A stretch of 62,251 nucleotides of DNA, counting the filler, from Sluysia triapertura (lineage: Eukaryota), in the NCBI GenBank assembly GCA_046118255.1. It is 4 parts of 4 records of this genome, joined end to end, with 100 filler letters (N's around TTAATTAATTAA, not from the genome) between each part and the next. Parts side by side here need not be neighbours in the genome. Positions count along the whole stretch, not along the records: positions 15,899 to 37,948 come from JBJNIA010235116.1; 3 more parts are not named here. The stretch is one strand, 5' to 3'. The position numbers and the translations under genes are program-made. How positions within the stretch are numbered: the stretch's first letter is position 1; each line of letters starts with the position of its first letter. Under the pieces are notes generated by a model. That model made no database searches. It worked only from the letters and a program-made list of their open reading frames with translations, and had not been told where the DNA came from. Below, piece by piece: positions 24,868 to 38,048 of this stretch.

Positions 24868-26675
24868 CAAGGTTCGGCAACCTATTGCCCGCGAATATTT
24901 TCGTTAAAATTCAATATTTAAATTTTAAATTAACCCATGAATTCAAAGATGAGAAAAGTATATGACAAATGTCGAATTTTCAAGATACTTGGACGTTTGA
25001 TTATTTTTTTATCGAGCAAAATAGAAAGCCAACATATCTTATTTGACTTGAAAGGTTGCTTCGAATATCAGGCACCATTACATGACCCACAATTTTGAAA
25101 ATTAAAAAAAACTATTAGGAAAATCAAGGAAAGATGAAGTTAAGCAGCATAAATCAAAGTTTGAAAAGCAGACATAATTTTTAAAGATTAAAAGAAGTGA
25201 ATATGAGGCTAGGATTGTCAAAGGCGTATTGAAGAGATATCATCAAATGTTAAAGGTTGTTTAATGAACGCCTGCAGCGAATTGCAATATTTTTCAATTA
25301 TAGTTGATGAGAAACAAACTTAAATGACACTGCTCAGCTTAGAGTATTCGTGCGAGGAGTGACTTCGAGTTTCCATGTTTGAAGAATTTATCTTTGAAAT
25401 AGTTATTAATTACCACATCTTTGAAGTAGTAATTAATATGATATCCAAAATGAACTTAAATATTTCAAAACTAATTGGCATCACAACTGATGGAGCACCG
25501 GTAATAGAGGGAAATAAAAAAGGCTTTGTTGCACTATTACAGGAACATATGAACAATCTTGAAATTCTACAGAAGCTGGTGAAAATTTATTGATTTATTC
25601 ATCAAGAAGCTTTATGTTCCAAATCTTTGAAACTGAAGAACGTAATGGAATTGTTGTGAACGTTGTTATCCCGTGGATTAAATCATCGCCAATTTAGGCA
25701 ATTTTTGGTGGATACGGAGGCTGAATATGGAGACCTTGTCTATTTTTCCAAAGTTCGTTGCTCAAAAGAATATTAAAATTACATAATGAAATTGTAATGT
25801 TCTGTGAATGCATCACATTTTCGGGATCCCGATTGGCTTGCATTTTTGGCGTTTCTTGTGTACATTTAAATAACTTGAATTTACACTTGAAAGGTAAATC
25901 TCAGCTTATAAGTGAAATGATTTGTCATATTTTTGTATTTGAAAGAAAACTACACTTATGGGAATATCAGCTTCAGTACATTTTCCATCCCTTAAGAATA
26001 TAAACAACAAAATTCAGAAATATTTGTGAATGTGATCAAAGATCTAAAGAGTGAGTTTTCATCTTCTTTGACTGACTTTCGCTTGCTTTCAAGCTTATTG
26101 CTAATCCTTTTGATATGGAAGCGTGTACTGTATTAGAGTGATTTTAAATGGAGTTGACTGAAATGCATTGTCACACTTATTGAAATTAAAATTTCACTCC
26201 GACTATGTTTCTTTGTTTGATTTGTTTAGAAAATACATTTATTCTAATGGAAAGTATTTAGTGAACCATGCAAAAGGATGACGTCTCTGTTTGGAAGTAA
26301 TTACCAATGTGAGCAATTATTTTCAACATTGAAATATACTTCTCAAATAAACAATTTGAGAACAAGATTAACCGATAACACTTTGAATAATGTTTTGTTG
26401 TTTGTCATCGACAGAACTGACACCCAATATTGAGAAGCTTTCAAGTGACAAAGAACATCAAGCTTCCCACTAGTTATTCAAATTTTGGATTTTTGAATAC
26501 AAAAGATTTTTAAAATACATTGTTTTTGTCAACTTACTTGCTTATTATATATAGAACTAAAATATTTTATAGAATCTTCATTATTTTATTGATTTTAAGC
26601 AATTGGAAAAAAACGCTTTTGATAAGCTTTTTCTTATAATATTTTTAAGAACCCCTACGGGCTGGCCGACTCCTG
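24868..26675 (+). mobile_element. hAT transposon fossil, Buster/SPIN (GTF2IRD2-like) group
   Basis: TIRs CAAGGTTCGGCAACC and (reverse complement) CAGGAGTCGGCCAGC. Perfect 8-bp TSD TTTTAGAT (24860-24867 and 26676-26683) with the central TA typical of Buster elements. Confidence 0.9.
24937..26473 (+). pseudogene. Disrupted, internally deleted hAT transposase
   Basis: Fragments MNSKMRKV..., DTAQLRVFVRGV, ITTDGAP, IHQEALC, LNNLNLHLKG, SLFGSNYQCEQLFS, QASH*. Many stops and frameshifts. Confidence 0.9.
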
Positions 26676-28699
26676 TTTTAGATGATTTTAGTCATTTAAA
26701 GTTTATTCAATGAAATCCAAAACATTATGAATGCAAATTAAATTATTATTCATTGGTATTTTTTCGAAAATGATAAATTCAGAGTTTTTTTGACTGCAAT
26801 AGAATATAATTTATAACCAATCAGAATTCAAACATATTGCAAAAATTTATGCATAGTCATTAATATGTACAAGTTATTAACTACACTTGATAACTAATGC
26901 ACTATTTCAAATAATCCTTTGTGGACCAATATTTTTGCTATTGGTTTATTTGTTGTGTCTGGAATTAAAAACTTGCAATTCGCTGAAGTGGTAGAAAAAT
27001 TAAAACTATTTGATAGCTCATTTATAATTGGATAATTAAGATCATTGAAAGATTAGATTAATATAATGCAAAAATGGAGATTTCATCAGACTGTCGTACA
27101 ATTCTTAAAGAGTGTAATGACCATCGCTAGAAGATTAAGTTCATATTAAAAGTAGGGCATAAAAATATAATATTAGATACAACATTCTTTCATAAATTAT
27201 GTGTGATAGCAGATTATAACAGATTCTTTAGTGCTGCGTGATTCATTATACGATTAATTAGGTCATAAATCAAAATGGACTACTAGTAAATTAATATTAA
27301 ATAAACCATACTCATATATTTAACCCATGGTATGTACAGATTATGAACATATTTAATTTTTAATATTATAATTAGCAGAGTGATTAGCAGTTCAAACACC
27401 GATAATAAATAAAAAACTAATGTGCTTATACCAAGCAATCAAAATCTAAATGTTTCTAATGTTCATTATTAAAGACATCAAAACCTTATTAATTTTTGAT
27501 ACATGATATGTTACATGTTATCCGAAATAAGGTAACGGGTGTTTTTAATGCAATAGTAGACTATATTGTATTACGTATCTTAGAAACTTTAGCTGGATAT
27601 ATTTTTATACGAAATTTATTGCGTAAAGCAATTGATTTTTTATTTAATATTAAATTTAATAATAATAATAGTAATAATAATAATAATTGTGAAAAATTAA
27701 ACAAATAACTGTTAAACAAATAAATGAATATTTTATTAAAATTACGAACTCGAGATTTGCTTTGAAAAGAATCATGCTATTTGATAAATAAAGGTGAAGA
27801 AGAGTCTTCCGGGCAATAAATTTCTTCAAAAATGATTGGCTGATCCTGAGATTCTCCATTTATATCCGGACATTCTATAGTATAAGATATACTATAATAC
27901 GGTAATACTAGTATTTGCATGTTGATAACGTCTTCTTTATCCATAACGCTATTGCATAATTGCAAATGAATCATCCACTTATTCCAACTCTTTCACAAGA
28001 AATATTTAATCCATATTTTAGATAATTGTTTAATATTTTAAGAGTTACTGCATATATATCCAGAATTTAGCAGCAAAGTAACGTTGGATGTCTAAATTTT
28101 ATTTCATTCTTTTTGCAACAAAATTGTATGCCATTTAAAGAATTATGAATGTAAGGATTAGATCGTTTTATAGTATAGATACGTACTACCGTATCGGATG
28201 AAAAGCTTTAAAAGAGCATAATATTAATGCTGAATTTCCGGTTTATTAAATTCTAATAATGTAAGCTTCAGCATCAATGTTTATTTTACATTTTATTTTG
28301 CATGATTTATACAATATTGAATATTTAGTTTCGCTGAAAAAGATATAACTATAACAATTATCAATTCAGATGTATTAGATGTTGATTGTAATTCAACATA
28401 CTTTATATAAACTGATGTGAGCAAACATACTTCCAATTTTTATAAATAAGTCCACTAATAAAACAATTTGACGAATTATTAGTTGGAAATGTAGATTCGA
28501 ATTTATATTCAAGGTACTGTAACAGGCTTATGAAATACTAAATCAACTAGTTCAGAATTACCACCACATATAAGCATTAATATTAACAACATAAATTTAA
28601 AATCGATTCTTTTAGCCTGTAATAATTAGTTGCATAATATTATTTTTGAATATGATTTTCAAATATCAAGACTATGTTTGGTTTATAAAATATCATGTT

Positions 28700-29700
28700 T
28701 TCCAAAATAAGTTCATTAATAATTCTATCATGATCCAATTTATCCAGTTTGATTTTTTGTTGTTAGGGTACTCTTTTTGATATTCTATGAATCCGCAAAT
28801 GTACATGTTAGATCTCCTCTGTATTTTATTTTAAAAGTTATTTGATTATTTGATTTAAGCAATAAATTTTTCATTTTGGCTTTTCGATGACATTGAATAA
28901 AATAATCTCTACTTTTGTGTACACTTATACCATTTACTGAATAAATCCTGCATTTTGGTAATGAACTTCGGCGTCGTTCGTTATTTGGTGGAACTGATGA
29001 ATTATATTTTTGTGTTTTATTAGACATTATAGATAAAAAGTTATAAAAAATCCATTTAGTAATACGTTCTGTTTTTCCATTATTGCGAGTTCGTCTAGGA
29101 TCTAAATTAAGCTTTTGTTTCACCAATTTATTGGTATTAATGAATGAGATATATTATTGATTATTTTACGATATGAATTTATAATCACATAATTTGATTG
29201 TTCTAATTTCATTGTAAAGTAAGGATTATGAAACACACTGATATCTTCAGAAAAATTGCGCCTCAGAATTGCGTTATCAATTACATTTTCACTTTGTGAA
29301 ATAACGGCTGCACAAATATCATTATTTTATAAATGAACACAATTATGGGTCTGATGTGAAATTTCAAAAGAAATATAAAAGTAATTCAGTTTAGAAATAT
29401 ATATATCTATTTCATTATTTTCGATATGATTTGATAAACTCGGTAAAACTTGAAAGCATTTAGACTAGAAATAGAACTTGAATTGTTTCAAAGAAATCGA
29501 GTCGTTTGCAAGCGTTTCGTAAAGTGTGTAATGGCAAAAATACGTATAATTATAATTTATTTGATTTTGAATGATGAAACAAGACACGGATGTATAATAA
29601 GTTACATGTAACTGCCCTTGATACAAACATTAAGCCGGTGGTATATTATTGTCAAAAAACAAGGAATCAAGAACAACAATAAATAGCAGTTATTAAAAGA
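28700..29700 (-). pseudogene. Decayed gene with CCCH-finger-like remnants, downstream of the 30111 module
   Basis: ORF 28785-29126 contains LPKCRIYSVNG and YRGDLTCTFADS, resembling C-x-FAH finger ends. Confidence 0.35.
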
Positions 29701-29769
29701 ACAAATTTTATAACAGATATCAAATGCATACTTTATCGATTAACGCATAAATAAATATATACATAAACT

Positions 29770-30111
29770 GGGAAAACAAAAGAATAAAAAGAAAGGTTGA
29801 TAATAAGAATAAAGAATTAATAATGGTAACAATAACGTGATTAATATATGTTAAAAAATATTGGTATTGTTGATGTTAATATGAAAGTTATTATGTGACA
29901 ATCGTGGCAATTACATTATACGATAATAATACTAATAATTATTATTTTAATACGATTGGATCTGTAATAACAATAGTTATAGTTCGTGATAATTATGTAT
30001 AATGGTTATGTTTGTTTTTTGAATGAGTCTAGTTGTTTGTTTAATAATCCGTGTAAGTAAGTGATGTTTTTATGTGATGAAGTGTGATGAATTTTATGTG
30101 ATTTCCCTACA
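29770..30111 (-). repeat. Second cassette-like 5' module starting TGTAGGGAA
   Basis: Paralogue of 23390-23742. A/C-rich then ATT-rich on the minus strand. Confidence 0.65.
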
Positions 30112-31734
30112 CTAATTAAGTTTGGTGAGTTCATATCTATATTTTCTGCAGTTTAATTTTACTTTTGATTTCAGGACACTTTAAGAAGTTTGGTGTGAAA
30201 TTACTAAGATATTTTAGGATTATTAAGGTGTTTTTGAATTTTCATTTTACGTAAACATCAATTAATTAATAATAATTATTATTAAGAAAATTTAATGTCT
30301 AATAATTGTTGACTTTATTTCATTGGACAAATATTTGACAAAATTTAGAAATTGTTGTAAAATATAAGCATATTTCGTAAAGTTGAAACTGTCTTTTAAC
30401 GAATAAAATTAATATTACTAAGTTAATGTAATTATAGGCTACAATTCAAGTATATGCTTTCACTAAAAATAAACTATCCAAGCTAACCATAAATTTTCAT
30501 TACTATTAATTTTATTTATCAAGATCATGCAAGGTAGGTTGTATTTGTTAAGGTTAAATTCACATAAATAAGTAAGATGCTTATTTCATTGATCAAGATT
30601 GATTTATTTATAATTAATATTTATAAATTGTTTATCGAATTTATAAATATTTATCAATATTTATCGCATGAAATTCGATTGAAAATAGTTCAATAAAAAA
30701 AACAAATATTTCAAATCTAAATAAATATATTTATTTTCATTGACTGTATGAAAATAATTCAAAATAAATAAGTTTTAAAACATTATACCAAATTAACGAT
30801 TTATTGATCTAAACAAAGTAATCAATAAATTGTATATTAATAATAAAAATTAACTATCATTTTAAATTTTAACATTTAAATGAAATACATATCTTACAAA
30901 ATGAAATTAATATTCATTAACAAAATTACTTTTGTTCATATAATTAAATAATGATAATTATTATGAACAGGAAAATTATTTTAAGAATACATATTTGTAT
31001 TCTTATTAAGTAAAGTTTCTCGAAATTTATACAATAATGTACCAAATAAAAGTAAAGTTGAAGAAATACACAAACGCTAAAGTTTGCTTTTATTTCTAAT
31101 TATTAAAAATCAAATTAAAATTGTTTAATTTTTAAAGGGCTTTTGGTTAAAATATATTATGTTTTATAATATTTAATAAAAATAGATTTAAAAAAATGTG
31201 ATAAAATACAAATTAACAAAATAGTTGTATTTGTCCTATACTTTTTGCTAAAAATCAAAAAATGGCATAATAATACTTAAAATTATTTAAAAATTTCAAT
31301 AAAATAAAATATAATATTTATATATAACATTTTTAGCTATGAATATAGTAATAATAATAATGATAATAATAAGAAAATAACTAATTAAAAATTATAAATT
31401 TAGAAATAATTAAATAAATGCTTAATGACAGATTAAAAAACCATAAAAAAGGAATAATTAAATATATTTAATTAATTAATAATAAATTAAATATTTAAAT
31501 ATATAGAATGATATACTGTTTCAAAATGATCATGGAAGAAAAAAAATTAACTGTATTTGTTAATTTTGAATTAAATTTAGTTTATACTTCTTAAAAAATT
31601 ATTAGCTTTATCACATTCTTATTTTTTAAATTTACACGGTGTTGAAAACTTTGACAGACATAACTAATAATAAATAAGTAAAAAATACAAGAAGATTTAT
31701 TTAAAACATATTTAATATTTATTATTTTAATCCC

Positions 31735-32943
31735 TTAGATGCCTTTTAGTAGTTCACACATTTTGCCATCTAAATAAAAATCAAAGATTATAATATCATT
31801 GGTAAAAAGATAAAAATTATTTAATTCACGTTCATCCATACATAAAAAGTTATTGAACAAATTTCGAGTTGGTAATCCAAGACTCTCGAGGATATTTTCA
31901 AGTCTGGAGAAGTGATCAATATATCGTGTAACTTCGGTATTAAGAGTTGTTAATTGGTTGACAGTGTGGGCATATTGGCAATAGATCCAAGACTTCATAC
32001 AAATAACGTTTTGGTCACAGTTGAATGGACAGAACACTATTTTGATAAGTTTACATTTTTCTGACTGAAAGCTGTCTTGGGAATTACTATGATGTAAACT
32101 GCTATCATAATTCTTAATACTTTCTTTACTTTCTAATATGTCATAATATATGAAATTGTTTGATAATCATTTGCATCGCTTAGTGATTTATATTCTACAG
32201 TATAATCGTTTATATTCATCATAATCTTCACTAGAACTGAGAATGGCATTTGCATGTTTTGAGAAAAAATGTCACCATCATTAATAATTATAATAGATTC
32301 CAAATTCATTGATTCATAATCAAAATTAAGATATTCGAACGAATTAAGAGAGATATTGTTCAACTGAGGTCAATTAAATTATTTGATATTATATCTAAGT
32401 CCGATAATTTTAACGCATCTGAATTAAACCATATATTTAGTAAAGGTGATATTGTATCTAGCTTGAAATGTAAAGCTTTAATCAACTTTAACAATGCGCA
32501 AAATATTTCAACAATTTCAAGATCTCTTAAATTAAATTCTTAGAATAAAAATGATTCAGAAATTTCGTATCAGATTTTACTAATTCAATATAACGATTTA
32601 ATGTTATTTCATTGATAACATGCATAATCCAAATTCTACTATAACCAATATTTGTAACAGAGTTACTGTCATCATATAGGTTTTCACAAAATTCTTTCGA
32701 AATTAACTCTTTTATAACTGTCCGAAATTCGTAATCAAAAACCAGCTTGGGTATATTAAACTTTCGGAAAATAATAGATGTACATCTAAGTTGCTGATTA
32801 AGGAGCATTGCTTCTAGGGCAGAACAGCAATTAAATGAATAACTAAAATATGATTTTTCTTGAAGGTTTCTACCTTCTTTATACATTAATATAGCTTGTA
32901 CAGATTTATTCAAATGTTCTATAATCAGCTCTTTATCAATCAT
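31735..32943 (-). pseudogene. Intronless RUN-domain (PLEKHM1-like) plus CCCH zinc-finger gene with three 1-nt frameshifts (cargo of unit B)
   Basis: LEAMLL...IGYSRIWIMHVINE...FY-/-LRDLEIVEIFCALL...FKLDTISPLLNIW is a RUN domain. The C-terminal CPFNCDQNVICMKSWIYCQYAH is a CCCH finger. Confidence 0.7.
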
Positions 32944-33009
32944 TTAAATTAGCTTTTAAGATTATCCTCAAAAGTAAATGATATTGTCTTTTATTTATTA
33001 ATTTTTACA

Positions 33010-33533
33010 ATACTAAGATAATAACAGAAACTGCAAAATTTTTTACTACTAGTAATTATAATTGTTGCATAAAAATTTTTTTTCATGCACGTTTTTTAGT
33101 GTATGAAAATATATGATGATCTTTTATTGGTTGCCCAACCAGAGCAATAAAAATAATGAACATAGCCACTCTGGTTGGACAACCAGTAATAACACAAATC
33201 ATTTTTATGTTGAAAAGGCAACCACTATCAATGGTGACAAGAATTTATACATGGCAACCAACAGTTGCACCACTGATAGTGGCAATAACAAATTAAATAC
33301 TAAATTAATTAAAAATGGCAAAAATATAAATGATATAATAATAAGAATAATAATAATGATGATAATAATAATCATACAGTGTTATTATTATTATTATTAT
33401 AACTACATAAGTTTCTTATTTGAACTTAACGTAATCTTTCTTTTGATTCTTTTAAATTTCTTAACATATTTAAAAGTTAAAAATGATGAAATTAGAATGA
33501 TAACATTAATAACAAGAACAACAATGTTTTCGC

Positions 33534-33593
<60 letters not shown>

Positions 33594-34716
33594 ATAAAGC
33601 CCTTAGATTCTTTTAAACATAATCTTTCCTTGTACTCTTTAATATTTTTTACATATTTAAATTGTTAAAATAGATGAACTTATCAGAATTGTGAATTTGT
33701 GGTGTTACAGCTTAATGTTACATGTTTTGGATAAGGTTTTAAGGTGTAATAGTGACGCTAATGTTATGAGATAATGCGTAAAGCGTTTTAGTGTAATTTT
33801 AAATGCTATTTACTAATTTTAAGTGAAGAAAACTTTAGGTGTTAAATATTTTGAAATAATATATATGTTTTATGTGGATGTTAAAACACACCTTGATGTT
33901 CTGAATGAAATAGTGTTTTTAGCTGAAGATGAGCATACGTATTGAAAGGTTATGATTTAAATATTTTGAAATAACATGAATGTTAAAAATGAATGATAAA
34001 TATACGTTGGATAATAATAATGTTGAATGAAAATAATGTTTAGTTATTTGGAGGTGTGACTTAAAATGAACTGAACAAAAGTATAGTTTAGTGTATAAGT
34101 TATAGTCTAGCTTTTAGTATGTTCAAAAGGTGATTGTGCTGTGTTGAAAATATGATTTATTTTCTTGCTATTTTTAAGTGATATTGTCTTTCTGCGATGT
34201 TAGGGATAAAATGATAAAGGATTAAGAATTTGGATTGCTTGAATTGATTTGAGAATGTCTGGTAGTTAATTTCGAATGTGGATGAAATTGAATTGTTAAG
34301 AAATGAAGAATAAAATATTTTAGATGAATTTTTTAATGTAAATTGACGGTTTTGAATGTCATTGTGGTTTGGATGTTATGAGATTGTCGATTTAAAATGT
34401 TTTGATAAATGGTAATTGATTTTGGTGGATCTGAAAAAGAAATAAGATGTGGAAACGGTTTTGACCAATTCTAAAAGGTTGTTGTGTGGTGTTGAAAAGG
34501 ATATGATTTTAGTTATGTTTGTATTGAACTGTGAATTTAAAAGTGTGAGTTGTAGATTTTGAGGGTGAGTGTGATATTAAAGTATATGATTTTGATTATA
34601 TTTACACGGAATTATGTATAAAATGTATATTGTATATTTTGAAAGTGTACGTGATTTTGTAACGTTCAAAAGATTTTTTAATAAAATTTGTCAAAAGTAA
34701 TAGGTTGGCCACCACA
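33010..34716 (-). mobile_element. 5' module of gene-capture cassette, unit B
   Basis: TGTGGTGGCCAACC on the minus strand from 34716. Aligns with 43287-43960 and 38750-38910. Contains (TTA)n 33533-33592 and twin inverted repeats at 33128-33282. Confidence 0.75.
33128..33282 (-). promoter_or_regulatory. Twin inverted-repeat module (candidate promoter) upstream of the cargo
   Basis: IR1 33128-33144 with 33169-33185 (16/17 match). IR2 33222-33236 with 33268-33282 (14/15 match). Confidence 0.45.
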
Positions 34717-36715
34717 ATAACGTGGGCATAAATAAAAAAATCATTGAATAGAAACCATAATTACGAATCACTAAATTGAAAATTACAGTTTCCATTTGAT
34801 ATTGTGAAACGAAGATTTTAAAAAGGACGTATTTTCAGAAGACTTGTTAAAAACACATTAATGCTTTTCAATTAAATTTTTATCAATACGTTAGTTTTTA
34901 TAAATTGTTAAGATTAATTTTAAAAATAAATAATAAAATTATACTTTAAACTCGAATTACTTGAAATAAAATTTCATTAAGGAAATAAAAGTTTTTGCAA
35001 TATTAGTGAAGCTGATTATTGTAAAAAATAATAATTAAATTTACAACTGAATTTATACTTTATTGTTTTTTATTACGTCATTACGTTTATGATAATATTG
35101 TTCGATTATTCGAACATTGTTGATTTCAAAACCTAATATTTAACAATAACTTTTTGTTTCATTTGATATTTTAAATTTTTTGTATCATTTGTTTAACATT
35201 ATATTATTAATATATAATATATAATTTGCAAAATATATAATTTATATTTTGAATATAACTGATAATTTTTATATAATTTTACCTTGTAAATTGTTTTAAC
35301 GTGAATTAAATTATTTCATAAATTTTATTTTAATATTAAATAAAATACTTATATAGAGAAACAAATATTTAGAAGATAGATTAAACAGTCAAGTTAAACA
35401 TTAATTTATACGTGATAGACAAAGCATACAATTTCGAAGATAAATTGATTTTACATTAATATTGAAGCGACTTTTATTTTGAATACATTTTTAAAAGTTA
35501 ATGTAATATAATTCTTAGACGATTATTGCGTTCGGTTACTTATTTACTGATATCCCTAAAAATCTGCAATTCTTTGACAATCGTATAGAAACAATTTATT
35601 TAGGTGTAATTTAATATAAAATATTCGAATAAATAGTAAAATTTCTTGTTGCAATAAATCTAAATATTCACAAATAATAGATCTTCTTAGATCTCATATA
35701 AACTAATAATCTCGCTGAATATAGCGGACACCTAATCTAGATTTTTTTGACCTTCATTACTTGCAACCACATTCTTACGATGACATCTATATCGGCTCTT
35801 AAGTGTGTAAGCGCGATGTCGTAGAGGACTCATAAAAACATAAAACATAAGTAAATAAACATAAATATATAAAATTAAAGTTTAAACCTAAAATCCTTAC
35901 TAAACATATATTAGAGAATTACTTCTAATAATAAATTATCATTTATTATTAATTGTTTATTTGTTTTTTTCATTTAACAATTTTATTTTTACATTCGTTT
36001 ATTGTCGTATCCAATAAATCTTCCAAGAGAATTTATTTATTGATTTTTTAAAAATTAATAAATTGCATAAGGATTTACAAAGTTGATCATAAGATTAAAT
36101 AGAAAATAAAATTGATAAATTGAAATTAATAAAAGAATTATTTAGAAGGAATTAAATAAAACGAACCAATATTGACAAAGAATTAAAATAAAAAAATTAT
36201 TGACGTAATAAATAGAGGAAGAATTGTAAACTAGTAAGATTGCCATTAAACTAAAATGCTAAATACTAAAATATACTAAATAAGCTGATATACTAAAATA
36301 CTAAAATAGTAAAAAATCACGATCACAATAAGTTTTATTTTCGGTAATCATTAATTGAGATAAATCATTTAAACCATTAATATATTACTGCCAAAGTTAG
36401 AACAAAATTACTTCGACATGTTTATTTCACCAAATGATTGAATATTTTCATACCCTCATTAAAATACTTAACAAATCCTTCGAGAGCGTCACGTTAATAG
36501 TAGGCGAACCTATCAGATATTCTAATTTACCATTAGTTAAGAAAAACACTAGCAATACCTTATCTTAATTTTTTAATAATGTTAACCTTATTTGGTTATC
36601 CTGATTCCTGATCCTTTTATCTACCTTTATTCTTCACTAATCCAAACAGTTTTACTGAGTTCGTGAAAGAAAGCCTTAATATTGAGAAAGGTCAAACTAT
36701 AGAATTTTTCATCTA

Positions 36716-37090
36716 TAGAATAATGAAAGACAATGAACTGAATATAATATAATTGTTATGAAAGAAGAGAAAATATAAATGAATTTGAAATGTTTATGGA
36801 AGTCTCTTTCAGAATGAGTACCTTAAACCGTTCTATTAGAAAATTTGGTGTGAAAAATTGATAAAGTCCAATTTTAATTATGGAGTGTTGAATTTTTTAC
36901 ACTTAGAATGATGAAAGATAATGAATTGAATATGAGATGATTGCCATGAAAGAGGAAAATCAAGAAGTAAGTTTAAAATGTCTGTAGAGTGGTTTGTTTG
37001 AGAATAAGAACATTAAACAGTTTTCATTATAAAATTAGTGTGAAAATCTCAGAATCAATTAAATTCTAAAAACTAAAGTTAAATTTGTTA
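36716..37090. repeat. Two tandem ~188-bp degenerate repeats
   Basis: tagaataatgaaagacaatgaactgaatat at ~36716 recurs as tagaatgatgaaagataatgaattgaatat at ~36904. Confidence 0.7.
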
Positions 37091-38048
37091 TTTTTGGATA
37101 TGATGACAATACCAATGGTTGTTATTTTAATTTGAGAAATAATTTAAGTAAAAGTAGATAGAGTAAAGTAAAGGAAAATAATGGTTAACCATTAATCAAT
37201 ATTTTGTCTTCTGTACCTAATAAAGTCTGATTGGGTTTACAAAGTAATTGTCACAATTGTTGTTGTCAGTCTAATCTTAAAAGAAAGTTGTAAAGATTTG
37301 TGTGAATTTTTTACTGTAAAATTCAAGAATGATTGGACGATGAGAAAGTATAAAAGGAATACTTAAAAATTTTACAACACAATAAGAAACAGTACAACAA
37401 GGTAGAAAGTGAACGTTCTATGTATAAGTTAAATTGTTATTTTAATATTTTATTTTATTAATATTAAAATTTTATTTTTGGGAATTTGAGAAATATTAAA
37501 AGCTATCTGTGTTTGAGATAAATATAATAGAATAAAGATTAAAAGATTAAAAGCGTGAGTTCACCAGCATACTTGTTAGGGCTAGCCGTTGGATTTTTTT
37601 ATGAAATATATCACTAAGCTATAACCTTGACTAAATTTCCTTTTAATTGCGATTGAAGCGTCCTAAATCGTCAAAGAATGTTTAGATGTTTAATACAAAT
37701 ATTTTACACAAATCCTATTAAAAGGATTTTCAAGAATCTTCTCTTAATATTAAACTAAAAGAATTAACTATCATAAAAATTTATTATAACAAAGTGTAAT
37801 GATTGTTATAATTATTTAGCATATAAAATAATATAACATAATATTTCACCAAGGAATTATTTATAAATTCTTGATTTTTCTTCGTATTTTATAAATAGTA
37901 TTTTACAAAGGATCTATGAAAAGATCCAAATTAATGATTAATAAATAANNNNNNNNNNNNNNNNNNNNNNNNNNNNNNNNNNNNNNNNNNNNTTAATTAA
38001 TTAANNNNNNNNNNNNNNNNNNNNNNNNNNNNNNNNNNNNNNNNNNNN

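Noticed and set aside
30950-31680. 3' terminus of unit B
   Set aside because: Several weak candidates (~30959, ~31197, ~31665), none with a convincing ATAAC TSD plus terminal motif.
33113-33616. 167-aa ORF with poly-Leu/Tyr/Ile
   Set aside because: Translation of microsatellites and the IR module, not protein-like.
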